A stretch of DNA of 64,000 bases from Candidatus Avispirillum sp. (lineage in GTDB: Bacteria > Bacillota > Clostridia > Oscillospirales > CAG-272). This document shows positions 1-9,890 of this stretch, one piece after another. Each line of letters begins with the position of its first letter. Within the stretch, counting starts at the first letter, position 1. Under the pieces are notes generated by a model, which had not been told where the DNA came from, made no database searches, and saw only the letters and a list, made by a program, of their open reading frames with translations. Location: the NCBI GenBank assembly GCA_045636685.1, contig JAZTXZ010000109.1, positions 10,381-74,380 of the forward strand. The letters are read 5' to 3'. The translations under genes and the position numbers were made by a program.

Positions 1-639
1 GAGATGATTGCAAAGCTTTCAAACATCGTTGGCAACAGCGCCGCTGCCGCTACAGAAGATGAGCTCTACGAGGCCAGACGCGCATGGGGCGGTATTGTCA
101 AGGCAGAATTTGAAGACGAGCTTCCCGAATACTGCGCAGACGGCGTTGTTGAGATCGCCGTTGCCGCAATGAACTCAGAAATTCGCCGCGGCAATAAATG
201 TACTGTTGTCTGGTATGATTCAAGAAGCGAAAAAGGTATGTACTGCGTTGACCTTTCCGATATGGGAGAGTTTGATGATACGTATCTGCGTTTTGCATCA
301 GCACCGGTTATGCCCTCCGAAAAAATAATCACAGATCTTACCGGTATTATAGGCGAGGCTGTTAACGTTACTATCCGTATCGTTACCGCAAATATCGACC
401 CGGCCTCAGTTTCCCGTTACTGCGCTGTTCCCTCCATGTTCGGAGGAGCAGGAACCGGATGCGTTACTGAGATCATGCTCTTCAATCCTCATGACAAGTA
501 TCTCGATAAATTGGAGCGACTTGAATTTGCCGCTTCTCAGAGAATGAGACTCCGTCACAACGGTATCTCCATGACAGACGTAAGAGAAATGACTCAAAAT
601 GACGGACGCACCGTTCTTATAAACAGCGACAACATCTGA
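1..639 (+). CDS. Hypothetical protein, C-terminal part (frame is open to the window edge; first in-window ATG at 4)
   Basis: ORF track 4..639. Position 1-3 (gag) is in frame, so the gene may start upstream. It lies directly upstream of a transglutaminase-like membrane protein, the position occupied by DUF58 proteins in MoxR/DUF58/transglutaminase operons. That is context only; no motif was recognised. Confidence 0.45.
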   Translation, partial: EMIAKLSNIVGNSAAAATEDELYEARRAWGGIVKAEFEDELPEYCADGVVEIAVAAMNSEIRRGNKCTVVWYDSRSEKGMYCVDLSDMGEFDDTYLRFASAPVMPSEKIITDLTGIIGEAVNVTIRIVTANIDPASVSRYCAVPSMFGGAGTGCVTEIMLFNPHDKYLDKLERLEFAASQRMRLRHNGISMTDVREMTQNDGRTVLINSDNI

Positions 640-674
640 AAGGAGATAAAACCTTAAAAGGTATAATCATAACA

Positions 675-3600
675 ATGAAAAAACCAAAGATTTTGTCTCT
701 TTTCAAAAGAGGCAACAAAAACACAAAGCCCAAGGAAAGAAAGCCTGTTAACGTTTACTACTCACCTGCAGACAATATGTCCCCCCTTTGGCAGTACGTC
801 GGTCTTTTTCTCCGAACCCTTATCCTTTATATCGGCGTTTTCGGTATAACATCATTTATTTGCGGCGCCGCAGGTCTTACAACCTCTGATTACTGGCAGG
901 CAACAGCGGTGACTCCCGGATACATCGCACTTCTTAGCATCCCCGTCGCCATCGCAAGCGCTGCCGCATCTCTGGGTAAGATTCCCGCCCTCATTACCCC
1001 CTTTGCTTACACGGGCATATATGCTGCCATCACAGCTATAGCCTACGGCAATCCTATTGACTTCACAGTAAAAAGCGCTCTTCGAATCTACAACTATGCG
1101 CTTTATACCGTATCCTCCATAGGATATTACTCCATCGGAAACTTTATGATAAACGACGGATATGACTACTCTACTGCGGGTTCTGCCATATCTGATCCAT
1201 ACCGCTTCGGCGGCACGTTTCTCCTTGCTACGCTTTTAGGCTTTATTCTTTATTTCTGTGTTCAGAGAAAAACCAGAGTGCTCCCTATAATTATTCTCAT
1301 AAGCGCAGTATTTGCACCTATCCTTACGTACAATATTGCCGAGGGCAACTCAGGCATCGCGTTTATGCTCGTATTTATATGCGCGGTTCTTGCTCTTAAT
1401 GTTTACGATTATCGCTACGGCGGAAAAGCTGAAAGCATACTGCTCAAAAGGAAGCTGAGATCTGAAAAGAAAAAGGAAAAGATTGAAAAGAAGCTGAAAA
1501 AGAAAGCAGAAAAAAAAGCCCTTCGCGATGAGGCGGAACGAGTTTTTGACAAGGCAATAGATGCGGACATTCCTCTCTCGAAAGCAAGAGCCGCTAAGCG
1601 TGCCGTTTTCAAAAACCAAAAGGAAACGAGAAAAAATCAAAAGCTTACTTTGAAGGCTGAAAAAAAGCTGGAAAAGAAAAACGCAAAAAAAGCAAAAAAG
1701 GAAAAGTCTCTTCTTATAAAAGAGGCAAAAAAGGAGATCAAAAAAGCAAAAAAGGATTCTTTGGCAAGAGCTGCAGCCACAGAAAAACTTTCCCAGCTTC
1801 TTTCGGCTGACACTGAAAAAAAGCTCAAGCAAAAAGCAGACGCAAAAACAAGACGTCTTGAAAAGAAAACCTTTGACAAGCGCCGCCGCAAGATATCCAT
1901 GGCAGGCGGCTACACAGGCTTTGGCGTTGCTCTTATCGCCTTTCTTGCTGTATGGCTCCCTCTCGCCATAGTTGACAGCCCCTTTGCTGTTATCAAGCCT
2001 ATCAACAGCCGTGTTCAGGCTACCCGCGCTTACGTTACCGCATATCTCAGAGGAAGTGACGTCGATCTTGACGATCCTTATGTTTACGGTGTCAACACTC
2101 TTGCACCAAGAACTCTCAGCTTTGATCCGCTGGAGCTCGAGGACAAAAAAATGTTCACCGTAGATGCCAAGGGAACCGGCAACGTTTACCTCAGAAGCTG
2201 GGTTGCTACAGACTTTAACTGGCAGGAAAACACATGGATCAGCGCAACATATGATCAGGTTCACTCCTACAGAGATCAGTTCGGCACCGACTTTACTCCC
2301 GACAGCATCAAGACCGACTATTACAAATATGTATACCCTTCTTCTGCTGTCATCACAGATGCAAACACCTATAAGAATTTCTCAAAATACGGTTTTACCG
2401 TGCAGCAGATAGACGTATGGCGAGTTCGCGGATCAAGCCTTCTTCTGTTTGTCCCCGCCCACATGAACACCGATGCAGGTATTCTCACCTACACCGATAT
2501 CTTGCCTGCACCGTACAAATACCAGAACTATTATGAAGGAACATACTCCTCCTTCTATTATCGCTACGGAAGAGGCTACAGTACCGTCTCCTTCATTACG
2601 GCACTGAATCGCGCAGATACAAAAACAAGTATTGACGCTTCTCTCGAATACTACAAGCTCTCCCTTGATACCATCAGAAATGCCCCCTACGCCACAGGTC
2701 CCGACGCCGACAGCATCCTTTACAACTACGAGATGCAACTGATGGAAAAAGGACTTGAGTATCAGGGAACAAGCATCGTTGACAGATTTTATTTTTCCAT
2801 GTCTGCCGAAGAGAAGGAAGCATTTATCAAGAGCGCTGACACAGAAGACAAGTACTACGAATACGTTCTTGATACATACACAAAAAAATCTGAAAACGAA
2901 AGAATTGCCGGAGTTGCCGAAACACTCAAGGCAGATGCCATAGCCAAAGAAACAGAGAACGGTGGCGACGGGGTACTCTCTGCCCATGAAGCAGTCATGG
3001 CAATAGTAGATTATTTCAGAAGCGATGAGTTTTATTACACAGAGACCCCTAACAAGGATCTTATAAAAGGCCAGGCAAAACCTGTTATCGAATCCTTCCT
3101 CCTTGACGTAAAACAGGGTTACTGCACACACTTCGCATCAAGTGCAGTTGCTCTCCTTCGTGAGATGGATATTCCCTGCCGCTATGCCGAAGGCTATGTG
3201 GCAACTGACTTTGAGCCCCTCGGCTCAAACGGAACGAAATACCGTACCGATGTTTACGGAACTCAGGCTCACGCCTGGATCGAGGTGTACTTCGAGGATA
3301 TGGGCTGGATGCAGTATGAAGTCACTCCCGGCCAGCTCTGCGACGATATGTATGACCCCAACAGTGATACAATCGCTCCCGAAGAGGATTACATTCCCGA
3401 GGAAGAAGAAGAAAACACACCCAAGCCTCCCTTCGGCATCGAAGACGAGGATGAGGATGAGGATATTATCCCCGACGACGACTTTGAGGTGAAAGAGGAA
3501 GTATCAGATCTTGAGTGGTTTGTTCGCATTATCTTCATCGGTCTTGGTATTGCTGCATTTGCGCTTCTTATCTGGCTCATCATCAGATTTATCAGAAAGC

Positions 3601-3992
3601 GCACCATCGAATTTATGGAAGCGCGATACGCTGTTATCGATACAGCAAAAAACATCGATGCATACTATGCTCCCGAGACAGACAAACATGCTCTTGCAAG
3701 AAGCATAAATGACTGGATACTTGAGATATACTCCACCATCGGCTGTCAGCCTCAGGTAGGCGAGCTGCCCGGCGAGTTTGCTCTTCGTATGCACGAGGAC
3801 TACGGCGATCTTTCTACCGTTGACGTTCGCGATGTTGTCTACGCAATGCAAAAGGAAGAATTCGGCCACGGACTCACTTATGAGGAACTCAGCTCATGCG
3901 CTACTTATCTGGAGGATATCATAGCATCCGTTTATTCCGGCATGAATCCTTGGCAAAAGATAGTCACAAGATACATCAAGAGGAAGATTTAA
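675..3992 (+). CDS. Transglutaminase-like membrane protein (polytopic N-terminus, Lys-rich coiled-coil insert, TGase core, acidic linker, C-terminal TM plus DUF4129-like tail)
   Basis: 1105-aa ORF. TGase core motif is GYCTHFASSAVALLREMDIPCRYAEGY ... AHAWIEVY (about nt 3110-3300). There are multiple hydrophobic helices at the N-terminus and one after the D/E-rich linker. Confidence 0.85.
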   Translation: MKKPKILSLFKRGNKNTKPKERKPVNVYYSPADNMSPLWQYVGLFLRTLILYIGVFGITSFICGAAGLTTSDYWQATAVTPGYIALLSIPVAIASAAASLGKIPALITPFAYTGIYAAITAIAYGNPIDFTVKSALRIYNYALYTVSSIGYYSIGNFMINDGYDYSTAGSAISDPYRFGGTFLLATLLGFILYFCVQRKTRVLPIIILISAVFAPILTYNIAEGNSGIAFMLVFICAVLALNVYDYRYGGKAESILLKRKLRSEKKKEKIEKKLKKKAEKKALRDEAERVFDKAIDADIPLSKARAAKRAVFKNQKETRKNQKLTLKAEKKLEKKNAKKAKKEKSLLIKEAKKEIKKAKKDSLARAAATEKLSQLLSADTEKKLKQKADAKTRRLEKKTFDKRRRKISMAGGYTGFGVALIAFLAVWLPLAIVDSPFAVIKPINSRVQATRAYVTAYLRGSDVDLDDPYVYGVNTLAPRTLSFDPLELEDKKMFTVDAKGTGNVYLRSWVATDFNWQENTWISATYDQVHSYRDQFGTDFTPDSIKTDYYKYVYPSSAVITDANTYKNFSKYGFTVQQIDVWRVRGSSLLLFVPAHMNTDAGILTYTDILPAPYKYQNYYEGTYSSFYYRYGRGYSTVSFITALNRADTKTSIDASLEYYKLSLDTIRNAPYATGPDADSILYNYEMQLMEKGLEYQGTSIVDRFYFSMSAEEKEAFIKSADTEDKYYEYVLDTYTKKSENERIAGVAETLKADAIAKETENGGDGVLSAHEAVMAIVDYFRSDEFYYTETPNKDLIKGQAKPVIESFLLDVKQGYCTHFASSAVALLREMDIPCRYAEGYVATDFEPLGSNGTKYRTDVYGTQAHAWIEVYFEDMGWMQYEVTPGQLCDDMYDPNSDTIAPEEDYIPEEEEENTPKPPFGIEDEDEDEDIIPDDDFEVKEEVSDLEWFVRIIFIGLGIAAFALLIWLIIRFIRKRTIEFMEARYAVIDTAKNIDAYYAPETDKHALARSINDWILEIYSTIGCQPQVGELPGEFALRMHEDYGDLSTVDVRDVVYAMQKEEFGHGLTYEELSSCATYLEDIIASVYSGMNPWQKIVTRYIKRKI

Positions 3993-3993
3993 T

Positions 3994-4362
3994 ATGACCT
4001 GTCACGAAGCAAATCAGCTACCCATAGCATCTCTCGCATATCTCGGAGATTCAGTTCTTGAGATAATGGTAAGAAAAAAGCTCATACTCGATAAAAAAGG
4101 TAACATACAAACACGTGCCCGCGAATACGTTACCGCTGTCAGCCAGGCTCGCGCCTCAGAAAAGTTGATGGATATTTTTACAGAGCAGGAGCTGGATATC
4201 TTCAAAAGAGGAAGAAATCATACTCACTCCTCCCCCAAAAGCGCAACCCACGCACAATACAGCCGCGCGACCGGCCTTGAATGTGTTTTTGCGTACTTAT
4301 ATCTCATCGGCGAGACCGAGAGACTTGAGCTTATCTTTGAAAAAGGATTTGAAGAGAACTGA
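3994..4362 (+). CDS. mrnC: Mini-ribonuclease 3
   Basis: 122 aa. N-terminal LAYLGDSVLEIMVRKKL signature and size are typical of Mini-III. The ATG is 1 nt after the upstream TAA stop. Confidence 0.85.
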   Translation: MTCHEANQLPIASLAYLGDSVLEIMVRKKLILDKKGNIQTRAREYVTAVSQARASEKLMDIFTEQELDIFKRGRNHTHSSPKSATHAQYSRATGLECVFAYLYLIGETERLELIFEKGFEEN

Positions 4363-4451
4363 TACTGTGAGGCGAAAGCATATACTTTCGCCTCATTTAT
4401 CATAATTTCACCAATATTTATGATCAATAATTACAGAAAGGAACACACATA

Positions 4452-5765
4452 ATGGGACTTATTAAAGCAGGAATCGGAGCTATAGGCGGAACCCTTGCAG
4501 ACCAGTGGAAAGAGTTTTTTTATTGTGACGCTCTTCCCGCAGACGTGCTTGTAAGAAAAGGACAAAAAAGAACAAGCTCCCGTTCATCAAATACAAAGGC
4601 AGAAAATAACATCATCACAAGCGGCTCCGGAATTGCCGTTGCCGACGGACAGTGCATGATGATAGTTGAGCAAGGCAAAATAGTTGAGGTTTGTGCCGAG
4701 CCCGGCGAATATACCTTCGATGCTTCAACTGAGCCCTCCGTTTTTTCGGGAAACCTTGGCGAAAATATTCTCGCAACATTTAAGACCATAGGAAAGCGTT
4801 TCACATACGGCGGAGATACCGCAAAAGATCAGAGGGTCTATTATTTCAACACCAAAGAGATAATCGGAAACAAGTTCGGAACTCCCAGCCCTATTATCTT
4901 TGAAGTTATGAATAAACGTATCGGAATGAGCCGCACCGTAAGTGTTCGCTGCAACGGTATGTATTCTTACACCATCACAGATCCCCTTATTTTCTATACA
5001 AAGGTCTGCGGAAATGTAGAATATGAATACACCCGCGACATGATTGACGATCAGCTGAAAACTGAGTTTATATCAGCTCTTCAGCCCGCTTTCGGAGCCC
5101 TTGCAGAGCTTGAGCTTCGTCCGGCTCAGATCCCTGCAAAGGTAAACGAGCTTAAAGCAGCTATGAACGAAGCCCTTAAGGCAGAATGGGTAGAAAGCCG
5201 CGGAATCACTGTTGAAAAGATCGCCATCAATCCCATCACCCTCACCGATGAGGATATGAAGAAGATAAATGAGATGGAAGACTCCGCTTCATACGGTTCA
5301 AATCCATTTATGATGGCCGGAAGAATGACTACCGCAACCGCAAATGCCATGGAAACTGCCGCAGGAAATACCGCAGGCGCCATGAACGGATTTATCGGCA
5401 TGGGCATGGCAGGAGGCGCAATGGGCGGTGGCTTCAATGCAGCCCAGCAATTCTACGGAATGGGCGCTCAGCAGGTTGCCAAGGCTGAAACTGAACAAAA
5501 CGGCTGGAAATGCTCATGCGGTGCTACCGCAACAGGCAAGTTCTGCACCGAATGTGGCGCAAAAAAGCCCTCCGCTGAGGGGTGGACCTGCTCTTGCGGA
5601 ACTGTTAACCGCGGAAAGTTCTGCTCAGAGTGTGGTGCAAAGAAGCCTGCAGGAGCTCCCCTCTATCGCTGCGATAAGTGCGGCTGGGAGCCTGATGATC
5701 CACACAATCCTCCAAAGTTCTGTATGGAATGCGGAGACAGATTTGACGACGGCGATCTCATATAA
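4452..5765 (+). CDS. SPFH-domain protein of the YdjI / virion-core-protein-like family with three C-terminal zinc-ribbon repeats
   Basis: 437 aa. N-terminus MGLIKAGIGAIGGTLADQWKEFF is typical of YdjI/COG4260. The C-terminus carries CSCG..FCTECGAKKP, CSCG..FCSECGAKKP and CDKCG..FCMECG. Confidence 0.75.
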   Translation: MGLIKAGIGAIGGTLADQWKEFFYCDALPADVLVRKGQKRTSSRSSNTKAENNIITSGSGIAVADGQCMMIVEQGKIVEVCAEPGEYTFDASTEPSVFSGNLGENILATFKTIGKRFTYGGDTAKDQRVYYFNTKEIIGNKFGTPSPIIFEVMNKRIGMSRTVSVRCNGMYSYTITDPLIFYTKVCGNVEYEYTRDMIDDQLKTEFISALQPAFGALAELELRPAQIPAKVNELKAAMNEALKAEWVESRGITVEKIAINPITLTDEDMKKINEMEDSASYGSNPFMMAGRMTTATANAMETAAGNTAGAMNGFIGMGMAGGAMGGGFNAAQQFYGMGAQQVAKAETEQNGWKCSCGATATGKFCTECGAKKPSAEGWTCSCGTVNRGKFCSECGAKKPAGAPLYRCDKCGWEPDDPHNPPKFCMECGDRFDDGDLI

Positions 5766-5782
5766 CCTACAAGGAGAATCCA

Positions 5783-6868
5783 ATGACACAGATACTTCAA
5801 TATAAGTGTCCTTGCTGTGACGGTGCTATTGAGTTTGACAGCACCGCACAAAAGATGAAATGCCCCTACTGCGATACGGAATTTGAGCCCGAGACACTTC
5901 GCTCCTATGATGAGGAATTGAAAAGCCGCAAACCTGACGACATGAGCTGGAACACTCATGCAGGTAAGGAATGGACAGAAGGAGAAGAAGAGGGCCTTCG
6001 CTTCTACCGTTGTAACTCCTGCGGCGGTGAAATCATCGGAGATGAAACACTGGGAGCTACGAGTTGCCCTTTTTGCTCAAATCCCGTCATAATTATGGGG
6101 CAGTTTGCAGGGAATCTGAAGCCCGATCTGGTTATTCCCTTCAAGCTTGACAAAAAGGCCGCTATTGACTCTTTAAAAAAGCATTATATGAATAAGAAGC
6201 TTCTCCCCAAGGCCTTTAAGGATAAGAACCACCTTGACGAGATCAAGGGAGTTTATATTCCCTTCTGGCTTTTTGATGCTGATGCAGATGCACATCTCAA
6301 CTACCGTGCAACTAAAGTGAGGGTATGGAGTGACAGCAAATACAGTTACACCAAAACCAGCTTCTATAGTATCACACGCGGCGGAGGACTGAATTTCAGG
6401 GCTGTTCCAGTTGACGGTTCTTCAAAAATCGATGACACGCTTATGGAATCCATTGAGCCTTTTGATCTCTCCGAGGCAGTTGATTTTCAGACGGCTTATC
6501 TTTCAGGCTTTTTGGCCGACAAATATGATGTTTCGAGCGATGAAAGCATAGGACGTGCAAATGAAAGAATCAAAAGAACCACTGAGGATGCTTTTTCAGA
6601 AACTATTTCGGGATATACCTCTGTGACTCCTACCCACAGCAGTATAAATCTGAAAAACTCAACGGCACGCTATGCTCTTTATCCCGTTTGGCTTCTCAAT
6701 ACCTCTTACGATGGCAAGAATTACACCTTTGCAATGAACGGACAAACAGGAAAGTTCGCCGGAGATCTTCCTCTTGATAAAAAAGCCTTTAAAAAATGGC
6801 TTTTCGGTATTTGGGGTATTGCTGCGGCAGCTATCTTCTTAGCCTTGATGCTCTTTAACTTACTGTAA
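5783..6868 (+). CDS. Zinc-ribbon membrane-anchored protein (YdjG-like)
   Basis: 361 aa. Two N-terminal CxxC...CxxC ribbons (CPCC..CPYC, CNSC..CPFC) and a single C-terminal TM helix. It sits between the SPFH and TPM genes, as in the B. subtilis ydjGHI operon. Confidence 0.55.
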   Translation: MTQILQYKCPCCDGAIEFDSTAQKMKCPYCDTEFEPETLRSYDEELKSRKPDDMSWNTHAGKEWTEGEEEGLRFYRCNSCGGEIIGDETLGATSCPFCSNPVIIMGQFAGNLKPDLVIPFKLDKKAAIDSLKKHYMNKKLLPKAFKDKNHLDEIKGVYIPFWLFDADADAHLNYRATKVRVWSDSKYSYTKTSFYSITRGGGLNFRAVPVDGSSKIDDTLMESIEPFDLSEAVDFQTAYLSGFLADKYDVSSDESIGRANERIKRTTEDAFSETISGYTSVTPTHSSINLKNSTARYALYPVWLLNTSYDGKNYTFAMNGQTGKFAGDLPLDKKAFKKWLFGIWGIAAAAIFLALMLFNLL

Positions 6869-6878
6869 GGAGGATATT

Positions 6879-7637
6879 ATGAAAAAGAAAATTATTTCAC
6901 TTTTATTCGCTATCCTTCTTACGCTTGCCCTTCCCTTGTGCGTAACAGCAGCAGAAGATCCGCTAAGACTTTGGGATGGTGCACAAATACTGACAAAAGA
7001 AGAAAGCAGCGAGATAACTTCGGAACTAAACAGAATCAGCACCTCCCTCGGAGTTGATGTGGTTATCGTTACTGTTCCCACAACCGAGGATAAAAGCACG
7101 ATGGAATATGCCGACGACTATTACGATACTCACGGCTTTTCCGATGACGGCGTTATCCTACTCGTTTGTATGGATCCGGAAAACAGATCTATGTGGATAT
7201 CAACAGCGGGACTTTGCATCAATGCTATAAACGATTTGAATATTGAAACAATATTCGATCTGATTGAATTTGATATGCAGGAGGGTTACTACAGAGATGC
7301 GTTCAAGACCTTCTGCGAGCAGTGCGAATTTTACATAAACGGCGAGGTTAACGGATATCCGCCCAATTATTTCTTTACTGCATTGATATCCATCGGAATC
7401 GGTATTATTATTGCACTTATAGTTACAGGCATTATGAAAGGTCAGCTCAAATCTGTCAGAGCAAACAACGCTGCAGCCCGATACGTCGAAAAATCCAGCA
7501 TGAAGATTACTACATCTAAGGATCTCTACCTTTACTCCACAGTTACAAAAATAAAAAATCCTGAAAAAAGTTCGGGCTCATCTACGCATCGCTCATCGTC
7601 AGGCAGGTCCCACGGTGGCGGCGGAAGAAGTTTTTAA
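6879..7637 (+). CDS. TPM-domain protein (YdjH/YgcG-like) with signal peptide, TM helix and Gly/Ser-rich tail
   Basis: 252 aa. Signal peptide MKKKIISLLFAILLTLALPLCVTA, TPM-like core (ILTKEE...VDVVIVTV...GVILLV...ISTAG), and an SSGRSHGGGGRSF tail. Confidence 0.75.
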   Translation: MKKKIISLLFAILLTLALPLCVTAAEDPLRLWDGAQILTKEESSEITSELNRISTSLGVDVVIVTVPTTEDKSTMEYADDYYDTHGFSDDGVILLVCMDPENRSMWISTAGLCINAINDLNIETIFDLIEFDMQEGYYRDAFKTFCEQCEFYINGEVNGYPPNYFFTALISIGIGIIIALIVTGIMKGQLKSVRANNAAARYVEKSSMKITTSKDLYLYSTVTKIKNPEKSSGSSTHRSSSGRSHGGGGRSF

Positions 7638-7651
7638 ATGATTTTCAACAG

Positions 7652-7682
7652 AAAAAACCTCCGAAGAATCGGAGGTTTTTTC
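7652..7682 (+). terminator. Rho-independent terminator after the TPM gene
   Basis: Stem acctccga / tcggaggt followed by a T-run. Confidence 0.7.
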
Positions 7683-7844
7683 TATGATATTAAATTTTCT
7701 CATGGTATTTATATTGTACTTATTATGTATTGATTTAACAGTTTCAATCGAACTTACAATGCACGCCTATCTTATTTTAACATCCTTTTATAAGGTTTTT
7801 TTGAAGGCATGGGGACTTTTTCAAAAAAAGCTTCTGCTATTCTC

Positions 7845-8951
7845 CTAATGTCCTCGCACCTTTGCAAAATACCCGTCTGCGGCCTTCTGGAGGCATTCGA
7901 CGGCATTTTCCATGGCATACTCAACACCCATCTCCTCACTGACACAAATGGCCGTAACGCCATCAGGCAAGGATTCCGTGCCGTTAATGCCACAGAATAC
8001 CGTTACTGTTTTTCCGACAGATCTTTCAATAACTCCTCCTACCGCTTTTCCCATAAAGCTTTGACTGTCAAGCTTTCCTTCTCCTGTTATAATAACATCC
8101 GCATCTTCAATATGCTTCTCAAAATTATACAGAGAAAGAACCACATCGATCCCTCTCTCAAATTCGGCACGAAGAAAGGACATAGCGCCATATCCTATTC
8201 CGCCGGCGGCACCGGCCCCTTCAGCTTTACTTTCATCCTTTCCCGTTACTCTCCGGATCACCGCTACAATCTTCTCTGCACCTCTTTCAAGATGCTCCAC
8301 CCCCTCGGGAGTCGCTCCTTTTTGAGGACTGAAGACTCTCGCGCAACCTTCATCTCCGAGAAGGGGATTTTTTACATCACACATAAGTACAAAATCTATC
8401 CCTCTGTACTTTGAAAATGCCTGATTGAACTCAATAGACTCAACTCGCTCAAGATTTCCGCCAACGGGAACAAAATGATTACCGCATATATCTACAAACT
8501 GCACACCCATGGCACTAAGCATTCCTGCACCGAGATCGTTTGTACAGCTTCCGCCGAGGGCAAGGATTATCTTTTTCGCCCCTCGCGATGTGGCATAAGA
8601 TATCATCTGGCCAACTCCGAAGCTTGATGTCCGCTCCGGGTTTGCTCTTTTACCTGCCAGAGGCAACCCTATTGCCTGCGCACTCTCAATAATGGCAGTA
8701 TTTCCTTTATCAATAAAGCCGATGGATACTTTTACAGGCTTTGCAAACGGACCCTCGACTACTGTTGTTTCTATTTTTCCCTTAAGAACCTTTGTCAGGA
8801 GAGCCACAGTTCCCTCTCCGCCATCGGCGATGGGAAGCTCTGTGACTGTGCAATCGGGATATGCGCGCCTTGCGGCATATCTGATTATTCTGCAGATCCT
8901 TTCAGCATCAAGGGTTCCTTTAAAGGAATCGGGTGCAATTACTATCTTCAT
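7845..8951 (-). CDS. glxK: Glycerate kinase
   Basis: 368 aa. MKIVIAPDSFKGTL N-terminus and overall GK-family architecture. Confidence 0.9.
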   Translation of the reverse strand: MKIVIAPDSFKGTLDAERICRIIRYAARRAYPDCTVTELPIADGGEGTVALLTKVLKGKIETTVVEGPFAKPVKVSIGFIDKGNTAIIESAQAIGLPLAGKRANPERTSSFGVGQMISYATSRGAKKIILALGGSCTNDLGAGMLSAMGVQFVDICGNHFVPVGGNLERVESIEFNQAFSKYRGIDFVLMCDVKNPLLGDEGCARVFSPQKGATPEGVEHLERGAEKIVAVIRRVTGKDESKAEGAGAAGGIGYGAMSFLRAEFERGIDVVLSLYNFEKHIEDADVIITGEGKLDSQSFMGKAVGGVIERSVGKTVTVFCGINGTESLPDGVTAICVSEEMGVEYAMENAVECLQKAADGYFAKVRGH

Positions 8952-9157
8952 ATCCCCACCGACCTTTCTTTGGTATACATCAATTATACCATATTTCTTC
9001 TGATTTTCAAGTTATTTTTGTGCTTTTTGCCAAAGTTGATTTTGCCCAATTTCTTATAACAAGATTATTGATTTGGAATTGTTGACAAATCCGAGTAAAT
9101 ATTGCAAAATAATATAGAAATTTGGATTTTTCTTATCCACCGTGGAGGTGAGCCTGT

Positions 9158-9742
9158 ATGGCGCGCAAGCATGAACAGGAACGCAACGAGGCAATCAAGA
9201 AGATGATCATTGATGCCGCCCTTGCAATCTGCATAGAAGACGGTTACAGCGAGGTAACAGTCCGCAGAATTGGTGAAAGAATCGGATACTCAACCGGTGT
9301 AATTTACTATCATTTTCGAGACAAGCAGGATATCATCAACTGCCTTGACCAGCAGCTTGACGAAGAGGTTTATAAAACTGTTTCCGACCTTATGGACCCC
9401 ACAAAGAGTCTCAAGGAAAATATTTCTGCCCTTTATATTTTCGTATGCGACTTGGCATACAATAATACTGAAGCTTACAAGCGTATATTCGCTTCCAGCA
9501 GAATAGAAGCTAACTCCTATACACGCAGTATGTGGCTCAAGATGTTCACAGAGTGGCTCGCAGCTGCAGCAAACAACGGAGAGATCAAGAACGAAAACCT
9601 TGAATTCAAGGCAAAGTGTCTTCTCTCTTATATTCTCGGCTATAATCTTCTCTTCTTCGAGGTTGATAAAACAAACATCGATACTGCCCTTGCAGAAACT
9701 GATATGGCTGTAAATGCGATCCTCAACGGAATACTTAACTAA
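9158..9742 (+). CDS. TetR/AcrR-family transcriptional regulator
   Basis: 194 aa. N-terminal HTH (VTVRRIGERIGYSTGVIYYHFRDKQDI). Confidence 0.85.
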   Translation: MARKHEQERNEAIKKMIIDAALAICIEDGYSEVTVRRIGERIGYSTGVIYYHFRDKQDIINCLDQQLDEEVYKTVSDLMDPTKSLKENISALYIFVCDLAYNNTEAYKRIFASSRIEANSYTRSMWLKMFTEWLAAAANNGEIKNENLEFKAKCLLSYILGYNLLFFEVDKTNIDTALAETDMAVNAILNGILN

Positions 9743-9747
9743 AAATA

Positions 9748-9780
9748 AACGAGGCTGTCAATGACAGCCTCGTTCTCTTT
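9748..9780 (+). terminator. Rho-independent terminator after the TetR gene
   Basis: Stem aacgaggctgtca / tgacagcctcgtt. Confidence 0.7.
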
Positions 9781-9890
9781 GTATGACATATAAAGAATAT
9801 GAAGTAAAGCAAATCCCCATACGCCAAGCATATTTCATAGAGCCCTTATGGGATTTGATTCATTGAAAATGCCCCTTTCGGGGCATTTTC

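Noticed and set aside
5428-5805. 125-aa alternative-frame ORF overlapping the 3' end of the SPFH gene.
   Set aside because: It lies entirely within the zinc-ribbon-encoding region of a better-supported gene. It has Ala/Ser/Pro-rich low-complexity translation and no RBS.
9060-9157. TTGACA at 9083-9088 as the -35 element of the TetR gene promoter.
   Set aside because: No acceptable -10 hexamer lies at 16-19 nt spacing (CAAAAT at 17 nt; TAATAT only at 22 nt). The promoter call is too weak to list.
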